Origin: Escherichia coli
GTDB lineage: Bacteria; Pseudomonadota; Gammaproteobacteria; Enterobacterales; Enterobacteriaceae
NCBI RefSeq assembly: GCF_016903815.1
Contig: NZ_CP069973.1
DNA length: 64,000 bases
Reading direction: 5' to 3' (one strand)
A program made the translations under genes and the position numbers. Below the pieces are notes generated by a model. It did no database searches, was not told the DNA's origin, and was given only the letters and a program-made list of their open reading frames with translations. The stretch's first letter is position 1. Each line of letters begins with the position of its first letter. Below, one piece after another: positions 35,510-44,541 of the stretch.

Positions 35510-36576
35510 GTACAGAAATGAAAACGGGGCTGGTGCTGTCCGGTGGCGGGGCGGTGGGCGCTTATCAGGCGGGAGTGGTTAAGGCACTGGCAGAGTGTGG
35601 TACACAGATCAGCATGGTTTCAGGGGCCAGCATTGGCGCATTCAATGGTGCCATTATCGCGGCCTCTCCCGATCTGTCAGAAGCTGCCGTACGCCTGGAG
35701 GCGCTCTGGGATCATCTGGGGAATAATCAGGTGCTGTCGGTAAACAGATTGGTTTACTTTTCATTGCTGAAAAAATTGTTCCAGGCAATGAACCTCTGCC
35801 AGATCCCCGGACGTGCAGGAGCACTGCTTACGACGCTTCTTCGCCATATATCGACAATCAACGGGTTTGACAATCTGATGGCTCAGCCGTTGTTGTCAGA
35901 TGAGCCCCTGACAGCGCTGATGGATCATTATCTTGATACTGATGCTCTGGCAGACGGGCTACCGCTGTATGTGTCGCTGTACCCCACAGAAGGGGGCATG
36001 CAGGATATTATTGACTGCATTCGTGCTGAACTGGGTGTCGGAACCACGAAAAACGCCGTTTTTCAGCATATCCAGAGCCTGCCCCGCGGACAGCAGAAAG
36101 AGGCTCTGCTTGCGTCAGCCGCGCTGCCCCTGCTGTTCCGTCCCCGTGAGGTTCAGGGGACAATGTTCGGTGATGGTGGTATGGGAGGATGGCGAAATAT
36201 GCAGGGAAATACCCCTGTGACGCCTCTGGTCGATGCCGGATGCAATATGGTGATTGTGACGCATCTGAGTGACGGTTCTTTATGGGATCGCCAGGCTTTT
36301 CCGGACACCACAATCCTTGAGATCCGTCCCCGGAAAAGGCTGAAATATGCAGGTGATGGTGGCAACAGCGGCGGTCTGCTCAGTTTTACATCGGCACATA
36401 CCGACGCCTGGCGTCAGCAGGGCTATGAAGACACGATGCTGGCGATGGAGCATATCCGGAAACCGCTGGCAGCACGTCAGGCACTGACCCGGTCAGAGGC
36501 GGTATTGCAGAAAAGCCTGGATATAACGGAAGAGGCAGATTTGGCACTGAGAAACGCGATGGCCCGGATTAAATAA
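35506..36576 (+). CDS. Patatin-like phospholipase
   Basis: 356 aa; oxyanion motif SGGGAVGAYQAG, nucleophile GxSxG (GASIGA), catalytic Asp in DGG (FGDGGMGG); ATG overlaps the upstream stop (ATGA at 35506-35509). Confidence 0.8.
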   Translation: MSTEMKTGLVLSGGGAVGAYQAGVVKALAECGTQISMVSGASIGAFNGAIIAASPDLSEAAVRLEALWDHLGNNQVLSVNRLVYFSLLKKLFQAMNLCQIPGRAGALLTTLLRHISTINGFDNLMAQPLLSDEPLTALMDHYLDTDALADGLPLYVSLYPTEGGMQDIIDCIRAELGVGTTKNAVFQHIQSLPRGQQKEALLASAALPLLFRPREVQGTMFGDGGMGGWRNMQGNTPVTPLVDAGCNMVIVTHLSDGSLWDRQAFPDTTILEIRPRKRLKYAGDGGNSGGLLSFTSAHTDAWRQQGYEDTMLAMEHIRKPLAARQALTRSEAVLQKSLDITEEADLALRNAMARIK

Positions 36577-36906
36577 AGACGCCCCAAAGAAACGCCACCG
36601 CCTGTGGTGGTGTTTTTCCTGTCTGGTGTTATTGAAAATATTTTCAGATATATATTACCTGAGAGAAAGTTTTACCCCTCACCTGTCAATTCACTCACTG
36701 GAAATTTAATTATGAAATTACCTGTAAAGTTATTAATGAGCCTTATATCTCTGGTCAGCGTTATTGCACGTGCCGGGGAATATAAAAATTACAGCCGGGA
36801 TGAAATAAAATACTGGCGATATACATCATACAAGGGGGGGAAACTTCCGGAAGGTTTCACTGATGAGAAATTTTCCAGCGCCATTTACAACGGAAGAATA
36901 TTTACA

Positions 36907-37395
36907 ATGAAACGTTTACATACCCTTATGTTATTTCTGGCGGTTCTGTTCACGGGCTTTAACTTTAACGCAGAAGCGGCTACCGTAAAACAAGCTCTTA
37001 GTTGTAACCCAGAAGCCTGGGCTGAACAACCTGGAGCGTGTCCATCAACGTACGAGTTGTACGAAGGTGACGCTACCTACAAAGCCGCTATCGACAAAGC
37101 ATTAAAACCGGTCGGACTGAGCGGCATGTTCGGTAAAGGCGGCTATATGGATGGCCCTGGTGGAGGTATCACGCCAGTAAACATTAACGGTACAGTCTGG
37201 TTCCAGGGCGACGGTTGCAAAGCCAATACCTGCGGCTGGGACTTTATCGTAACACTCTATAACCCAAAAACCCATGAAGTTGTTGGCTACCGTTACTTTG
37301 GTTTAGATGACCCGGCCTACCTGGTTTGGTTCGGTGAAATTGGCGTGCATGAATTCGCGTATCTGGTGAAAAACTACGTAGCTGCGGTTAACTAA
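36907..37395 (+). CDS. Secreted protein, possible lysozyme-inhibitor-like (CKxxxCG motif)
   Basis: Signal peptide MKRLHTLMLFLAVLFTGFNFNAEA; CKANTCGW loop reminiscent of the Ivy CKPHDCG motif (weak). Alternative upstream start at 36712. Confidence 0.4.
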   Translation: MKRLHTLMLFLAVLFTGFNFNAEAATVKQALSCNPEAWAEQPGACPSTYELYEGDATYKAAIDKALKPVGLSGMFGKGGYMDGPGGGITPVNINGTVWFQGDGCKANTCGWDFIVTLYNPKTHEVVGYRYFGLDDPAYLVWFGEIGVHEFAYLVKNYVAAVN

Positions 37396-37410
37396 TTTAA
37401 GGAGTCTATC

Positions 37411-37821
37411 ATGAAAACTTTTATCAAAACTTTACTCGTTGCTGTAACTATTCTGTTCTCTGTCTTCGCTACTGCGAAACAAGTAAAACTGCCAAATAAC
37501 ATCAAATACGTTAATACTACAGAAGCGTTTTCCTGTACCGAAATTGACGGTATGAATTGCCAGACAAAGAATCAGTTCAACTATAAAGATAACAGCTATG
37601 TTTTCGTGCTTGAACGTGGTGGTGCCTGGTGCTACGACTACACTGTCTCGGTAGTTAACCTGAAAACCGGGAAAGCACAAATGATTGAATACGGGGACAA
37701 TCAACTGTGCTCAGGTAGCAACAAACCGTTCTTCGAAATCAAAAATGGCGTACCGACGGTAGGAGTCATCGACACATCCGGAAAACCTGTCGTTGTAGCC
37801 CAGGACAAACTTAAAATCTAA
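37411..37821 (+). CDS. Secreted hypothetical protein with four Cys
   Basis: 136 aa; signal peptide MKTFIKTLLVAVTILFSVFATA; AT-rich codon usage. Confidence 0.45.
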   Translation: MKTFIKTLLVAVTILFSVFATAKQVKLPNNIKYVNTTEAFSCTEIDGMNCQTKNQFNYKDNSYVFVLERGGAWCYDYTVSVVNLKTGKAQMIEYGDNQLCSGSNKPFFEIKNGVPTVGVIDTSGKPVVVAQDKLKI

Positions 37822-38041
37822 GGAGTAAACCATGCGTTTCTCTGCACATTATTAATATCAAAGGTAAATACAGCCCCAGCCATTGTTACCGGAAAGCCGC
37901 TTAATGCGTGGCTCGCCAGTGAAAGGCCTCTCAGACAATAAACCTTATTCATTTCACCCGTCAGGCCGCGTCTTCTCCGGGAGACGCGGCTTTTTTCATT
38001 TATTGCACCAGTAAATCTTAACCACCGATAAGGAGCAAAGT

Positions 38042-38863
38042 ATGCGATTAGCAAGTCGTTTTGGTTATGCTGCAAACCAGATACGCCGTGACCGTCCGCT
38101 GACACATGAAGAACTGATACGCCATGTACCCAGTATTTTTGGGGAAGACCGGCACACCTCCCGCAGTGAACGGTATGCGTACATTCCCACCATTACCGTC
38201 CTGGAAAATCTGCAGCGGGAAGGCTTTCAGCCGTTCTTCGCCTGCCAGACCCGTGTGCGCGACCCGGGCCGCCGGGGATACACAAAACACATGCTGCGTC
38301 TGCGGCGGGCCGGAGAGATAAACGGAGAACATGTCCCTGAAATTATTCTGCTCAACTCTCATGACGGTACCTCCAGCTACCAGATGCTGCCGGGTTACTT
38401 CAGGTTCGTCTGCCAGAACGGGTGCGTCTGTGGCCAGTCTCTGGGGGAAGTGCGTGTTCCACACCGGGGAAATGTAGTGGAGAAAGTTATCGAAGGGGCT
38501 TACGAGGTGGTGGGCGTGTTTGACCGGATAGAGGAGAAGCGTGATGCCATGCAGTCGCTGGTCCTGCCGCCACCGGCACGCCAGGCGCTGGCACAGGCGG
38601 CACTGACTTACCGTTATGGTGACGAACATCAGCCCGTCACCACCGCCGACATTCTGACGCCGCGACGCCGGGAGGATTACGGTAAGGACCTGTGGAGCGC
38701 ATATCAGACCATCCAGGAGAATATGCTGAAAGGCGGGATTTCCGGTCGCAGTGCAAAAGGAAAACGTATCCATATCCGGGCCATTCACAGCATTGATACC
38801 GACATTAAGCTCAATCGCGCATTGTGGGTGATGGCAGAAACGATGCTGGAGAGCCTGCGCTGA
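38042..38863 (+). CDS. YfjQ-like DUF932/DUF945 prophage protein
   Basis: 273 aa starting MRLASRFGYAANQ; occupies the position of yfjQ-type genes next to the YeeP/YfjP-type GTPase in CP4-type remnants. Confidence 0.55.
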   Translation: MRLASRFGYAANQIRRDRPLTHEELIRHVPSIFGEDRHTSRSERYAYIPTITVLENLQREGFQPFFACQTRVRDPGRRGYTKHMLRLRRAGEINGEHVPEIILLNSHDGTSSYQMLPGYFRFVCQNGCVCGQSLGEVRVPHRGNVVEKVIEGAYEVVGVFDRIEEKRDAMQSLVLPPPARQALAQAALTYRYGDEHQPVTTADILTPRRREDYGKDLWSAYQTIQENMLKGGISGRSAKGKRIHIRAIHSIDTDIKLNRALWVMAETMLESLR

Positions 38864-38944
38864 TGCCGTTTCCCTGAGTGAGGGAATCATTCAGCTTTCG
38901 TTCCTGAAAAACACACATTTATTTGTTATTTAAGGAGTTATCTC

Positions 38945-39424
38945 ATGAAAACCGTTTCTCAGAATACCCCCACAATTTATTCAGCTACAACACCAGAGAA
39001 TAATCCGCCTCAGTTGGTTGCCAGCCTCGTCCCTGATGAACAGCGCATCAGCTTCTGGCCGCAGCATTTTGGCCTCATTCCACAGTGGGTGACCCTGGAG
39101 CCCCGTGTCTTCGGCTGGATGGACCGTCTGTGCGAAGACTACTGCGGTGGTATCTGGAATCTGTACACCCTGAACAACGGCGGGGCATTTATGGCACCCG
39201 AACCGGATGACGATGATGACGAAACATGGGTACTGTTCAATGCCATGAACGGTAACCGCGCTGAAATGAGCCCGGAAGCCGCCGGTATTGCCGCCTGTCT
39301 GATGACGTACAGTCATCATGCCTGTCGTATGGAGAATTATGCCATGACGGTCCATTATTACCGGTTGCGGGATTACGCCCTGCAGCATCCGGAATGCAGC
39401 GCCATTATGCGCATCATCGACTGA
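38945..39424 (+). CDS. Antirestriction protein (YfjX/YafX family)
   Basis: 159 aa with acidic patch PEPDDDDDETW; conserved position upstream of the RadC-like gene. Confidence 0.6.
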   Translation: MKTVSQNTPTIYSATTPENNPPQLVASLVPDEQRISFWPQHFGLIPQWVTLEPRVFGWMDRLCEDYCGGIWNLYTLNNGGAFMAPEPDDDDDETWVLFNAMNGNRAEMSPEAAGIAACLMTYSHHACRMENYAMTVHYYRLRDYALQHPECSAIMRIID

Positions 39425-39439
39425 ATGGAGAGAAGCACA

Positions 39440-39916
39440 ATGCAACAACTTTCCTTTCTGCCCGGAGAGATGACGCCCGGCGAGCGCAGCCTCATTCAAC
39501 GGGCCCTGAAAACCCTGGACCGCCATCTTCATGAACCCGGCGTGGCCTTCACCTCCACCCGTGCAGCACGGGAATGGCTGATTCTGAACATGGCGGGACT
39601 GGAGCGTGAAGAATTCCGGGTGCTGTATCTGAACAACCAGAATCAGCTGATTGCCGGTGAAACCCTCTTCACCGGCACCATCAACCGCACGGAAGTCCAT
39701 CCCCGGGAAGTGATTAAACGCGCCCTGTACCACAATGCCGCTGCCGTGGTACTGGCACACAATCACCCGTCCGGTGAAGTCACACCCAGTAAGGCAGACC
39801 GGCTTATCACCGAACGTCTGGTACAGGCACTGGGCCTGGTGGATATCCGGGTGCCGGACCATCTGATAGTCGGTGGCAACCAGGTTTTCTCCTTTGCCGA
39901 ACATGGTCTGCTTTAA
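39440..39916 (+). CDS. yeeS: RadC-like JAB/MPN domain protein (YeeS/YfjY/YkfG family)
   Basis: JAMM motif HNHPSGEVTPSKAD; start at MQQLSFLPG (ATG 39440). Confidence 0.75.
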   Translation: MQQLSFLPGEMTPGERSLIQRALKTLDRHLHEPGVAFTSTRAAREWLILNMAGLEREEFRVLYLNNQNQLIAGETLFTGTINRTEVHPREVIKRALYHNAAAVVLAHNHPSGEVTPSKADRLITERLVQALGLVDIRVPDHLIVGGNQVFSFAEHGLL

Positions 39917-39978
39917 CCCGTCACAACCACATCACACCTGTTTTCACTTTTATCTTCTGTCTTCAGAGGTATCCCATT

Positions 39979-40200
39979 ATGAAAATTATCACCCGTGGTG
40001 AAGCCATGCGTATTCACCAACAACATCCGACATCCCGTCTTTTTCCGTTCTGTACCGGTAAATACCGCTGGCACGGCAGTGCTGAAGCGTATACCGGTCG
40101 TGAAGTGCAGGATATTCCCGGTGTGCTGGCCGTGTTTGCTGAACGCCGTAAGGACAGTTTTGGTCCGTATGTCCGGCTGATGAGCGTCACCCTGAACTGA
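39979..40200 (+). CDS. yeeT: DUF987 protein YeeT
   Basis: 73 aa MKIITRGEAMRIHQQHPTSRLFPFCTGKYRWHG...; canonical position before cbeA. Confidence 0.75.
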   Translation: MKIITRGEAMRIHQQHPTSRLFPFCTGKYRWHGSAEAYTGREVQDIPGVLAVFAERRKDSFGPYVRLMSVTLN

Positions 40201-40273
40201 GTGGGAATTCTGATGAGCAGAATTATCGCCACTACCGGACCATTCTTAGCCGATTTTCTGTAAGGATTTTATC

Positions 40274-40642
40274 GTGTCAGACACACTCCCCGGGACAACA
40301 CTTCCCGACGACAATCACGACCGCCCCTGGTGGGGGCTGCCCTGCACCGTGACGCCCTGTTTCGGGGCACGTCTGGTGCAGGAGGGTAACCGGTTGCATT
40401 ACCTTGCCGACCGCGCCGGTATCAGAGGCCTGTTCAGCGATGCAGATGCGTACCACCTGGACCAGGCCTTTCCGCTGCTGATGAAACAACTGGAACTCAT
40501 GCTCACCAGCGGTGAACTGAATCCCCGCCATCAGCATACCGTCACGCTGTATGCAAAAGGGCTGACCTGCAAAGCCGATACCCTCAGCAGTTGTGGTTAC
40601 GTTTATCTGGCTGTTTATCCGACGCCCGAAATGAAAAATTAA
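40274..40642 (+). CDS. cbeA: Type IV antitoxin CbeA (YeeU)
   Basis: 122 aa MSDTLPGTTLPDDNHDRPWWGLPCTVTPCFGARLVQEGNRLHYLADRAG...; intact. Confidence 0.8.
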   Translation: MSDTLPGTTLPDDNHDRPWWGLPCTVTPCFGARLVQEGNRLHYLADRAGIRGLFSDADAYHLDQAFPLLMKQLELMLTSGELNPRHQHTVTLYAKGLTCKADTLSSCGYVYLAVYPTPEMKN

Positions 40643-40730
40643 CTCTCCAGAATAGCCTTCTGCTACGGCCTGGTGTTTTCACCACGCCACTTTTCCATTT
40701 TTATATCTGCATATCAGGAAAATCTTCAGT

Positions 40731-41104
40731 ATGAAAACATTACCTGTATTACCCGGGCAGGCGGCCAGTTCTCGCCCGTCTCCTGTTGAAATCTGGCAGA
40801 TACTGCTGTCCCGACTGCTGGACCAGCACTATGGCCTCACACTGAATGACACACCTTTTGCCGATGAACGTGTGATTGAGCAGCATATTGAGGCAGGCAT
40901 TTCACTGTGTGATGCGGTGAACTTTCTCGTGGAAAAATACGCGCTGGTGCTACCGACCAGCCGGGATTCAGCGCCTGTACCCGCTCTCAGTTAATAAACA
41001 GCATCGATATCCTCCGGGCTCGCAGGGCGACCGGCCTGATGACCCGCGACAATTACAGAACGGTAAATAACATTACCCTGGGTAAGTATCCGGAGGCGAA
41101 ATGA
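40731..41104 (+). pseudogene. cbtA: CbtA (YeeV) toxin, frameshifted
   Basis: The first 71 codons match CbtA; at ~40950 the frame breaks (stop at 40992-40994), while the CbtA C-terminus ([51 protein letters not shown]) is encoded in the +1 frame to 41104, consistent with a 1-bp deletion. Confidence 0.6.
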
Positions 41105-41295
41105 TGACACTGGAAGCCGACAGCGTTAACGTACAGGCGCTGGATATGGGGCACATTGTCGTTGACATTGATGGTGTTAATATCACTGAACTGATTAATA
41201 AGGCCGCTGAAAACGGTTATTCACTCCGCGTGGTGGATGACCGTGACTCTACCGAAACACCGGCAACTTATGCCAGCCCTCACCAGTTGCTGTAA
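41101..41295 (+). CDS. yeeW: YeeW-like small protein
   Basis: 64 aa ORF whose ATG overlaps the cbtA stop (ATGA). Confidence 0.5.
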   Translation: MMTLEADSVNVQALDMGHIVVDIDGVNITELINKAAENGYSLRVVDDRDSTETPATYASPHQLL

Positions 41296-41709
41296 GACAA
41301 TGCAGTGATGCAGGGTATAGTGCCATTAACCACAGAAACAGCACTGTTGTCCTGTATTAAGCAGGCAAGAGAAGATGTCCTTACCCTGCGCCATCTGCAG
41401 CTTCTGCACCAGAACCGGTGAATCTCACTCAACAGGCTTCATTTCCCCTGACGCCAGCCTGAATACAGCTGGCGTTTTCATTTATAAACAGAAAGGAAAA
41501 CCGATAATAATGGAATGGACGCCCCGACCATGAAGCAACGGTAGGATATTACTGATAAACCTTCCAGTGGAGGTGCGTTATGGCCGTTTTAACGATTAGC
41601 ATTGACCTGACAAAAAATGAATTCCAAATCCACGGTCTGGGTAGGAACAGAAAAATCTAAGCTCAGAAAACGGATTAAAGTAAGCGTCAACGGAGCACCG
41701 TATTGACGC

Positions 41710-41870
41710 TTATTTATTGGTGAGAACTACGTTCCATGGCAGGAGTTCGTCAACACGGTTGGAGGGCCATTCCGGCAGTATGCTCAGAATATGGCGCAGA
41801 TACGCTTCCGGATCGATACCGTTCAGACGGCAGGTGCCTGCTTTTCCGGCAACAAGCAGGAATCTCAGCG
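41710..41870 (-). mobile_element. IS66-family transposase C-terminal remnant (inverted copy)
   Basis: Minus-strand translation ...GTCRLNGIDPEAYLRHILSILPEWPSNRVDELLPWNVVLTNK*; reverse-complement match to 14806-14979. Confidence 0.55.
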
Positions 41871-41912
41871 CTGAAGCAGGAATTAGAGGTAAAAACGCCC
41901 TACCGGGCCATG

Positions 41913-42092
41913 AATCACCCGGTCATTGGAGTAGTAACCAAAGCAGATTTAGCCAGCATGGAACAAATATCTTTGGTGAAAAGTTGGTTACGGGAAGCTG
42001 GAGCGCACAACGTGTTAGTAACCAGTGCAGTTAATAACAATGGAGTTACAGAACTTTTTGCCTTGCTGCATACAGAAGAAGGCTGTTGTTAA
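41913..42092 (+). pseudogene. EutP/PduV-like GTPase C-terminal fragment (yoeF-like)
   Basis: NHPVIGVVTKADLASMEQISLVKSWLREAGAHNVLVTSAVNNNGVTELFALL resembles the C-terminus of EutP-family GTPases; no N-terminal domain present. Confidence 0.3.
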
Positions 42093-42192
42093 TTTCGATT
42101 GGTTCTCAGATGAGAATGATGACGGTGATACACAGATAAGAATCAATGAGCAATGAGGGTTGCCGGGCAACCCTCATTGAATAAAACGGGAA

Positions 42193-42522
42193 TTACTTCG
42201 CTTCGCCGTTTTTCATTTCGCCCATAGCTTTCAGCTTTTTGGAGATATCGCGGCGTTCTTTGGAGAGCTCGGCATTTTTGATGATGTAATCGTCAACGCG
42301 ATCTTCATAGTCACCTTTCATGCTGGCGATGATGCCCTGGATTGCTTCAACGCTCATCCCTGGCTTGATGTAATCGCTCAGGTTGTCCAGCAACAGGACG
42401 CGCTTCTGGTTGTCACGGATCTTTTTCTCAACGTCCTGAATTTCACGTTGCAGTTTGTTCTTACGACGGAACAGACGAACAAATTCCAGTACGTCCTGGA
42501 ATGAAGGCTTGGTAGTTTCCAT
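42193..42522 (-). CDS. yeeX: UPF0265/DUF496 protein YeeX
   Basis: Start at [34 protein letters not shown] (109 aa). Confidence 0.85.
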   Translation of the reverse strand: METTKPSFQDVLEFVRLFRRKNKLQREIQDVEKKIRDNQKRVLLLDNLSDYIKPGMSVEAIQGIIASMKGDYEDRVDDYIIKNAELSKERRDISKKLKAMGEMKNGEAK

Positions 42523-42693
42523 TTTTATACCCCTGATAATGTGAGAGTCGGATTCGTTTAAGCAACCGCTATTCGTTAGGGCCAACATTACTCATAGCTG
42601 CCGCAGATGACAATGCTTTTATCCCTTTTCACTATCATACCCTTTATCCTTGCTGAATCGAAGCAGCAGCAAGATGATTCTGAAGTTCAGGAA

Positions 42694-43752
42694 TTATTTG
42701 CGCAAGGCCCGGCAAATCAGATTCGATAGCAACTCAAGCTGATGTGCCGTTTCCATGTTCAGCCACACATAACCATAGATTGGTGTTTCCACAACCTTCA
42801 GGTCATGGTGGTTATCGAGCAACTGACGCAGCTCTTCCACAGCATCGTTCAATTTTTCCGTATTGGCAAAAACCGGCTGCGGATTACCTTCGTACAGCGC
42901 ATGAACAAGGCTCAGCAGTATTTGCTGCATCATGTGCTGGGTATCACGAAGTTTTTGCGCGTTCAATAACACGAAATGGCTGGGGCGCGTGGCCCAGTAC
43001 GCATTGATTTGCAACTCCAGCATACAAACCAGATTGCGGTTAATGGTCTGGATACCTTCATATATCGATTTGGGAATACGGGTTTCTTTGCTGGCGGGCG
43101 CAATCAGCCCACGCATTTTCACGGCATCGGTCAGCAGTTTTTGTAGATGGCTTTCCAGACGTGGGCGTTCGAGTAAGTTCGGTGAGAATGCAGATTGATA
43201 GACCCGATTATACTCGGTCAGACTTTTCGCCAGTTGAATGCGCCAGTGGATGAACGCCCGTTGTGGCCAGATACCGGTAAACAACATTGCCAGTAAAGAG
43301 CCGAGGATCACATCGCCGCTTCGCCATAACGCCGTATCAATTTCACCTGTCGGGGAACCCACAACAATTGCCAGCGTCACCCCAATCAATAATCCTTGAT
43401 ACGGTTTCTTGCCCAGCGCCAGCCAACCGCAAAGAAACATCGCCGCCGCGCACCAGACTAACATCAGCGGTAACGAAATTAACTCCAGTTGCAGAGCGAT
43501 AAGACCTAAAATCGACCCCAACACCGTACCGCCAATACGTTCGAAGGCACGAGGGACAACGTTCCCCCAGAACGAGATTGGCCCCATAATCACCACCATG
43601 GTGACCAGCGGCCAGGTGCTTTCCGGGATAGTAAACAGGCGGATAATGAGAAAAGTGAGCAGGAATGCCAGCGCGACCCGAGTACCATGCACAATGCGGT
43701 AATGGCGGTATACCCGGATTTCAAACGGGCTTAATGACTTATCGGCACGCAC
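42694..43752 (-). CDS. yeeA: FUSC-family inner membrane protein YeeA
   Basis: 352 aa membrane ORF in conserved position between yeeX and sbmC. Confidence 0.85.
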   Translation of the reverse strand: MRADKSLSPFEIRVYRHYRIVHGTRVALAFLLTFLIIRLFTIPESTWPLVTMVVIMGPISFWGNVVPRAFERIGGTVLGSILGLIALQLELISLPLMLVWCAAAMFLCGWLALGKKPYQGLLIGVTLAIVVGSPTGEIDTALWRSGDVILGSLLAMLFTGIWPQRAFIHWRIQLAKSLTEYNRVYQSAFSPNLLERPRLESHLQKLLTDAVKMRGLIAPASKETRIPKSIYEGIQTINRNLVCMLELQINAYWATRPSHFVLLNAQKLRDTQHMMQQILLSLVHALYEGNPQPVFANTEKLNDAVEELRQLLDNHHDLKVVETPIYGYVWLNMETAHQLELLSNLICRALRK

Positions 43753-43949
43753 TCAGAAACTCCGTAATGAAGATGAAAAGCGCTCATAACACATCTGTCG
43801 GCCAGAAGGCGCGCCTCTGAGTTATCCGACGGACATACCGGGAACAGTGTAATTTCCCGGCAGGAGCGAAAAATTTGAAAGGCGTATCTTACTCTTTTCG
43901 CTTTCAAAAAAAGAGTGGTCTTCGCGTTAACACACCGCCCTGAGATGAA

Positions 43950-44423
43950 TTAGTGATGTTTTGGCTGCACCGCAACATACATTTCGATATCCCAGTACCC
44001 ATCTTCCGCGCCATTGTTCAAGTAAACCTCGAAGCAGGGCTTTGGTAACATTTCATAAGCACTGTCCTGCAAGAGGCTATTAAAGAACTGATACCAGGGT
44101 TTAGCAAAATCATCACCGACTACACGAGCCACCGCCACCGCATATTGACCACCTGAAATTTCTGTCAGAATGACGCCCTCACTGTTTTCGGGGAGCGTAA
44201 AGTTATTCGGTACCGTCACGACGGTGTCGCAGCGTAATTTTTCGGCGGGTGTTTCATCCGGATTGTCGTAATAGACAGCAACCCACTCCTTCGGCACAAT
44301 ATTTTTGCTATCTACCCACATCATCAACTGCTCAAAACCTTTCTTTACCGTCTGTTCCCACGGGCCAACGAGATGGAAACCTGCAACGGTACGTTTCTCT
44401 TCCTGCTTAATCTCGTAGTTCAT
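43950..44423 (-). CDS. sbmC: DNA gyrase inhibitor SbmC (GyrI)
   Basis: 157 aa [26 protein letters not shown]... Confidence 0.9.
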   Translation of the reverse strand: MNYEIKQEEKRTVAGFHLVGPWEQTVKKGFEQLMMWVDSKNIVPKEWVAVYYDNPDETPAEKLRCDTVVTVPNNFTLPENSEGVILTEISGGQYAVAVARVVGDDFAKPWYQFFNSLLQDSAYEMLPKPCFEVYLNNGAEDGYWDIEMYVAVQPKHH

Positions 44424-44541
44424 GACGCCTCCATTGATGCTGTTTTTATATACAGTATAGTTGCAAAATTAAAACCACAAGGAATGAGTGTTGATTATGC
44501 GAGCAGACTCGCACTCCTGCCAGTCTGCTGCAAAAGAAAGG

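Noticed and set aside
36712..36906. Longer version of the first secreted protein starting at ATG 36712 (228 aa)
   Set aside because: Not excluded, but the internal start at 36907 gives a canonical signal peptide (MKR...AEA) and the upstream segment has no better RBS; the shorter model is reported with the alternative noted.
41717..42034. 105-aa and 118-aa plus-strand ORFs after yeeW (41717-42034, 41736-42092) as real genes
   Set aside because: Their 5' parts are the antisense reading of the IS66 remnant; only the last ~60 codons of 41736-42092 resemble a protein (EutP-like C-terminus), reported as a low-confidence pseudogene fragment.
42148..42180. Perfect inverted repeat tgagggttgccgggcaaccctca downstream of yeeX as a terminator
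   Set aside because: The hairpin is strong, but neither strand has a clear U-tract next to it; it may be a REP-like or protein-binding palindrome, so it is not listed as a feature.
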